A stretch of 64,000 bases of DNA from Fibrobacterota bacterium (GTDB taxonomy: Bacteria > Fibrobacterota > Fibrobacteria > UBA11236), in contig JAYUVP010000098.1 of NCBI GenBank assembly GCA_043753995.1, positions 24,841 through 88,840 of the forward strand, read 5' to 3'. The translations under genes were made by a program, and so were the position numbers. The notes below the pieces were generated by a model. That model was given only the letters and a program-made list of their open reading frames with translations. It did no database searches and was not told the origin of the DNA. Below are positions 59,255-64,000 of this stretch, one piece after another; the stretch's first letter is position 1, and each line of letters starts with the position of its first letter.

Positions 59255-59870
59255 GTGTCACAGCGCTGGAAGCTTGGTATTCAATGCAGTCGGGCTTGGC
59301 GACCTGGATTTGAATTAGGCACCATTGCCCGGCAACGCGGCGAAGAGTGTACCGATATTTCCGGGCATGCCTTGACCATAGTACGCGATTTTGCTTCTGC
59401 TTTGCCGAAGTTGCGCATCCTACTCCACAGCGACGTCTTGGCGGCTTTTCAAGGGGATCCTGCGGCGCATACCGTCGACCAAGTTTTGCTTTATTATCCA
59501 GGTATCGTAGCCATTTTGCATCATCGCTTGGAGCATCACGCCAATATCGTGCCTTGGCAAATTCTCGCCCAGGAAAAAGGTGCCAAGCTACGCGTGATAC
59601 CCGTGGATTCCACCGGGAAAATCCGCTTGGACGAATACCAAAAGCTATTGAACGATCGCACCAAGCTCCTCGCCATCACCCAGGTTTCCAATGCCTTGGG
59701 AACCATCACCCCCGTGAAGCAAATCGTGGAAATGGCTCACAAAGTCGGGGCTCGCGTGCTGGTGGACGGGGGGCGCAAGCCGTGTCGCACTTGCGCGTGA
59801 ACGTGCAGGCCTTAGACGCCGATGCAGTGGGTTTAGGCGCGGCCCTCTCTCGCCTTTTACAATACTTGCG
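59255..59870 (+). pseudogene. Chimeric relic: serine O-acetyltransferase (EpsC-type) fragment fused to SufS-like cysteine desulfurase fragments
   Basis: DVLAAFQGDPAA..YPGIVAILHHRL is joined in-frame to EHHANIVPWQ..TQVSNALGT..LVDG. A G6 frameshift at 59768-59773 is followed by AQAVSHLRVNVQALDAD|AVGLGAAL. Confidence 0.85.
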
Positions 59871-60061
59871 AAGAGGTGGGAGTGTGGGTGAGGACGGTGA
59901 CGCGTTTGAGCGCCCGCAATCGGTTCCGCCACCTAAACGACCTGTGACGGTGTATTCGAAATTTCTGACTTCAGCAAATACATACCCTGGCACGAGCTTT
60001 TGCGGCAATGCATAGCCCGACGGGTCCGTCGAATGGAATGAATGACCTATGCACACCTTTT

Positions 60062-60108
60062 AAAAATAAAACCAAGTCCAGCGAGCAATTGGCCCGCTGG
60101 ACTTGGTT
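60062..60108 (-). terminator. Rho-independent terminator
   Basis: 14-bp stem aaccaagtccagcg/cgctggacttggtt with a minus-strand T-rich tail, downstream of the peptidase gene. Confidence 0.8.
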
Positions 60109-60118
60109 GAAATAGGGT

Positions 60119-61996
60119 CTAGTGGAAAGGTGCACCCGATCCCAGGAAAACCGAGCCTTGGATGTTGGTGTATTGATAGGCTAAGACATGCTGATAATCG
60201 AAATAGCGATTATCCACAATGGCGGCACCGTAATTGACCAAGCCCACGTCATTGGCTGCATCGATACGGCTAATGGTATTTCCCAAATTGCCCACCCTGA
60301 AAATAGTGGTACCGGTGGTTCTGAATCCTCGATTGTCCATGTCGAAGAGATACATGGTCGTTCCGCTCACCGTAGCTAAAACCGCCTTGGTTACCGATTG
60401 CCACAAACCGACCGGAGTACCCGGCAGGCTGACATCGGCGACGATATTGCCTATGCTACCCGTACCAGGCATGCTTCGTATGCGGGTAAGACCCGTAGAG
60501 GCGGCAAAAAGGAAAAAAGCTGAATTTTTTCCCAAGGAGGTTTCGCTGTAAAAAGGACGGAAGAAAGTCCAATTTGTCCAAGTGTCCGAATAGGTTAGCG
60601 ATTGGATATTGCCCAAAGTATTGACTGACCAAATATTGACTAGGAAATTGGTTTTGTTTTGGAAAAACAAAAACATTTTGCCTTCGGACTGATAATATTC
60701 AATGGTAGACCATCCCGTTCCCCAATAGCCTGAAGCGATATTTGCTCCTACAAGCCCGCTGGCTGAATTGACATAAAAAAGACGGACATAGCCATTGGTG
60801 GAATTGTAAAACATCAAGCAAGGTGCTTTATTGGCATCGAAGTAAGGAGCGATGAGATTGAAGCCTCCGCCCACATTTATATTTTGCAAGGAATTACCAA
60901 GGGTATTGTCGGAATTGATAGATGTTATATTGGCGACGCCAGTAACAGGATCATAGGTGCAAATGAATTTTTTAGCCACGAAATTCGGGAAGGTGTTGAA
61001 TAGCTTGGTGACCTTGCCCTGTATTCCCGGCAGCAATGCCACCGGCCGCAGAGGAATGGCATTTACCCCGATGCCCCATAATGAGGATTTGTCGGTAGCC
61101 GTAAACACTGCGCCCCCTAGGGCTTGGCCATTGATGGCCGTCATGGTCACGGTATAGTTCGCTCCGGTCGCATGCTTGTATGTGACGGTGCCGCTGCCGT
61201 AATGCATGATGGATTTTTGATCGTAGACGCCCACGGTATTGCCGTCGTTTTTAATCGCCCAGTTCGAATTGAACCAACCGCTATCATCGGTGCCGGTGGT
61301 GGTAATATTGACGTAGGTTGCCCGGTCAGGCCGCATTTGTTCGTGATACATGCCAGCCGTATGCGCCATTTCGTGCATAAGAGTCGAACGACCCACCGCG
61401 GCTTGGGGCAGTCGGATATACTGCACCCCATTCGCTGAAACCATGCCAACTTGCGAGTTGGCAAAGGGGTCATTGGTTTTGACAAAGACCACGACCGGAT
61501 AGGTTTTTTGATCCCAAGGGATATAGGAAATGCCCCCAGCTTGATTGAACTCATAAACGGCTCTTTCAACTTCAACCTTGTCGACATTGCCAACCGCGAT
61601 GTAGGGAATCACGGCATTGGGCCAGGCATTGGCCTTGCCAGTATAGGCCGTATTTAAGACAAAACCCGATGACTTGGCCAGTCCAACCGGTTTGTCTTCA
61701 CGCGGGTCTACCAATTTGGCGCGCAACTCTTCCACTTCCTGAACGCCGCTCGCAATCACAATGTCGCCCTCAATTAAGGCAAGACTGTCGGTAAAGGTGA
61801 CGGGGGTATAATTGGGTATTTGATTTGAATCCAAACCCGTGAACAAATAACTGCGTCCCTCGGGCAATGCTTGCCATTCGGTTGGCGAATTATCAACCGT
61901 ATTTTTAGCCGAAGTAGATTCGTCGTGAGTCATATCGAATTGACATCCGGCGAATAAAAGCACGGCTGGAATGGCCGCAAAAACAAGTGGTTTCAT
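60119..61996 (-). CDS. Astacin (M12A) metallopeptidase lipoprotein with C-terminal beta-repeat domain
   Basis: FAGC lipobox, IEGDI, WPNAVIPY, HEMAHTAGMYHEQMRPDR and the Met-turn SIMHY. Confidence 0.88.
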   Translation of the reverse strand: MKPLVFAAIPAVLLFAGCQFDMTHDESTSAKNTVDNSPTEWQALPEGRSYLFTGLDSNQIPNYTPVTFTDSLALIEGDIVIASGVQEVEELRAKLVDPREDKPVGLAKSSGFVLNTAYTGKANAWPNAVIPYIAVGNVDKVEVERAVYEFNQAGGISYIPWDQKTYPVVVFVKTNDPFANSQVGMVSANGVQYIRLPQAAVGRSTLMHEMAHTAGMYHEQMRPDRATYVNITTTGTDDSGWFNSNWAIKNDGNTVGVYDQKSIMHYGSGTVTYKHATGANYTVTMTAINGQALGGAVFTATDKSSLWGIGVNAIPLRPVALLPGIQGKVTKLFNTFPNFVAKKFICTYDPVTGVANITSINSDNTLGNSLQNINVGGGFNLIAPYFDANKAPCLMFYNSTNGYVRLFYVNSASGLVGANIASGYWGTGWSTIEYYQSEGKMFLFFQNKTNFLVNIWSVNTLGNIQSLTYSDTWTNWTFFRPFYSETSLGKNSAFFLFAASTGLTRIRSMPGTGSIGNIVADVSLPGTPVGLWQSVTKAVLATVSGTTMYLFDMDNRGFRTTGTTIFRVGNLGNTISRIDAANDVGLVNYGAAIVDNRYFDYQHVLAYQYTNIQGSVFLGSGAPFH

Positions 61997-62496
61997 GCAT
62001 TACCTACGGTTATGATGTTCGATCTTGGAGTCGCTTGAGAATTCAAGCACCCTGGAAAGTTAGCCGCGACCCAATCCGATTCATTTGCTATTCACACCAA
62101 AAGTGTGCATTTCACACCACCTTCTCCGACCTACGCACTCGGACTTGCGAGATGCAAGCGAACTTGGGTTCACCTCCCGCAGGTCCCGCGCATAATCGCA
62201 AGCCGGTGATTGCGCTGCGTGATGCCGATGCCAACGCTGAACCCAATGGGTTACCTGTGCGCACAAATCGGCGCGTTCAACCTGCATGCGGTCCGCCTTC
62301 CCCCGGCGCTAAGTCCCCAAAAATATGGATACACACGATTCGCCACGGCTTGCTTTTCCTCGGGAGAGAGCGGAGGCGTCGGGAGGGCGCCGAAAACGTT
62401 GTCCAAAATCGGAATACGAATTGCGGGGAACCGACCCCGTGAGGACGGAGCAATAAGCTCATCTTTAAGCGATGGGGCAAATTGCGGAATCGATAT

Positions 62497-63651
62497 CTAT
62501 TGTATTATCAATCGATAGCGCGCTACTTTTTCCAAGCTTCGCGTCTCAAGTTGATACACGCCAGCATTGAGCGCTGCATCCAGGCTGAATTCTGGTGTTA
62601 TTTCTGTGATAGTTCTCCAAAATACCACCGCCCCACGCAAATCACGAATCGTGATTCTTGTATCGATATTCCCTGACAAATCTATTCGCAATCTTTGCCC
62701 CACCTTCGCCATGATTTGAGGCGTCTTGGAAATGGGCTGGCGGCTCAGGCGCGCACTCAATGCCGCGCAAGACCCATCGTCGATGCGGGCGCTGGAATCA
62801 TAACGCGGCGACAGCTTATCGGTGCAGCCATTCTGAAAATCGCCCGCGAGCCAACGCAGGCTTTGCCAATAAAGCTTAGGGATGGCACTGTCAGCTTGGG
62901 CCGTGACATGAGACGCGCCTTGGCCAGGGCTGCTGTATAGCAATTTGCCTTTACCGATACTTCGGGCCCAAACCATGGGATGGTCATCGCTTGAATCAGG
63001 ACCAGGGGCCAGCACTCCCGCTTCGCCATTTTTTGCTGCATATAACACGGTCACACCTGTTAATGGCCGGACATTCGCGTTGAAACGGAACCATTGATCA
63101 GTCAATCGAATCGATTCGGGAATAGCGGCAAGGACATGTTTGAGTTCCGGATGTCGCTTCGCGCCGCTATCCGAGACAAGGTCAGCCTTACCGGGAAGTG
63201 GATGATTGGTAAACTTCGCGCCTAACATATCCTGGAGTTGCGGCCATGTATCGTTGTGATCGGCGGCCCATCGAATCAAGAGCCAACCGCCTCCTTGATG
63301 GACATACTCTGCCACCGCGTCGCGGGCCGAAGCGGTCGGAACCGAAGCCCGTCCATTGGTATTGTTATTCCAAATGATGACTTGATATTTTTTCAAAAAT
63401 TCCGGTGTCAATTGATTATCGTCGGTTAAGGAATCCAGTTCAAAGCCCTTGGCTTCGGCCATTTGCTTAAACACGGCATTCACCTCGGGAATAGCCAACG
63501 GCTCCATCCACCCACCCACTTTGTTGTACAACAAGACACGCTTCACCTTGCTGGTGGATTCAGGCGGGGAGGTTTGAGCTGAGGCTACTCTATTACAAAA
63601 AATCAGGATCGGGGCGATTAAAACGGCAGCCCTCAAACAAGATGATGACAT
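62497..63651 (-). CDS. Secreted ThuA-like domain protein with CTD-like tail
   Basis: RVLLY, LKKYQVIIWNN, YVHQGGGW, HPMVWAR..GKGKLLY and GCTD..YDSSARIDDGSC motifs, followed by the tail. Confidence 0.8.
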   Translation of the reverse strand: MSSSCLRAAVLIAPILIFCNRVASAQTSPPESTSKVKRVLLYNKVGGWMEPLAIPEVNAVFKQMAEAKGFELDSLTDDNQLTPEFLKKYQVIIWNNNTNGRASVPTASARDAVAEYVHQGGGWLLIRWAADHNDTWPQLQDMLGAKFTNHPLPGKADLVSDSGAKRHPELKHVLAAIPESIRLTDQWFRFNANVRPLTGVTVLYAAKNGEAGVLAPGPDSSDDHPMVWARSIGKGKLLYSSPGQGASHVTAQADSAIPKLYWQSLRWLAGDFQNGCTDKLSPRYDSSARIDDGSCAALSARLSRQPISKTPQIMAKVGQRLRIDLSGNIDTRITIRDLRGAVVFWRTITEITPEFSLDAALNAGVYQLETRSLEKVARYRLIIQ

Positions 63652-63719
63652 AAACTCTCCAAGTGAGGGGACGTTGGACAGGCCGTGGCAAAGTCATCAC
63701 TATTTCGGACTCCGATGAC

Positions 63720-64000
63720 CTAATTCAAGACCAATCGGAATGGAGCAGATGATTTTCCGCTGCGTGCTTCCAAGTGATAGATTCCGGGCTTAAGGGCCGC
63801 ATCTACCTGAAATTCCTTAACGCCTCGGACGACACTTTGCCGCGACAGGACACTCCCTCGCATATCACGAAGCGTGATTTGCATAGCACCTTCATGGGGG
63901 AAATCGAGCCTTATTCTTTGTCCCGCCCTCGCCACAATTTGAGGCGCCTTAGAAATGGGCTGGCGGCTCAGGCGCGCACTCAATGCCGCGCAAGACCCAT
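63720..64000 (-). CDS. 3' end of a tandem paralog of the ThuA-like gene (partial)
   Basis: 63952-64000 is identical to 62729-62777. The tail ITLRDMRG...LKPGIYHLE is homologous to that of the preceding gene. Confidence 0.75.
   Translation of the reverse strand, partial: GSCAALSARLSRQPISKAPQIVARAGQRIRLDFPHEGAMQITLRDMRGSVLSRQSVVRGVKEFQVDAALKPGIYHLEARSGKSSAPFRLVLN

Noticed and set aside
59768-59773. G6 run as a phase-variation or programmed frameshift site
   Set aside because: It lies in a gene already inactivated by deletions, and the run is short.

Overview
Bacterial chromosomal window, most likely Fibrobacterota. This is inferred from a TIGR02171-type FGE-sulfatase lipoprotein, many lipoproteins, and secreted enzymes with T9SS-CTD-like tails. 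I saw no rRNA, tRNA, CRISPR array or intact mobile element. The window is a mosaic. It contains an ECF42-type sigma/DGPF pair, transporters (MATE, CDF), stress and glycogen genes (glgX, katE, GH13), secreted carbohydrate enzymes (GH67, DUF1080, ThuA-like) and large surface lipoproteins. It also has a sulfur-starvation gene set split in two (Rrf2-cysK, and tauE <-> oscA-porin-sbp-cysTWA) and several decayed gene relics. The best candidate for an undescribed system is a translationally coupled 4-gene operon (13078-16747, minus strand). It encodes a histidine phosphatase, a PlsY paralog, a GNAT N-acyltransferase/class-V aminotransferase fusion resembling N-acyl-serinol synthases, and an Aur1/PAP2-type membrane enzyme. 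Together these read as a pathway for serinol-backbone (N,O-diacylserinol) phospholipids. Other notable items are an extracellular nuclease-PhoX fusion with a tandem PhoX paralog, an orphan DUF4157-phospholipase C-like effector, and an EpsC/cysteine-desulfurase deletion chimera that looks like the scar of a family 2A encapsulin operon. A 38-bp intergenic repeat with a GTTAC-N12-GTAAC palindrome is also present. All family calls come from motif recognition by eye; no searches were run.
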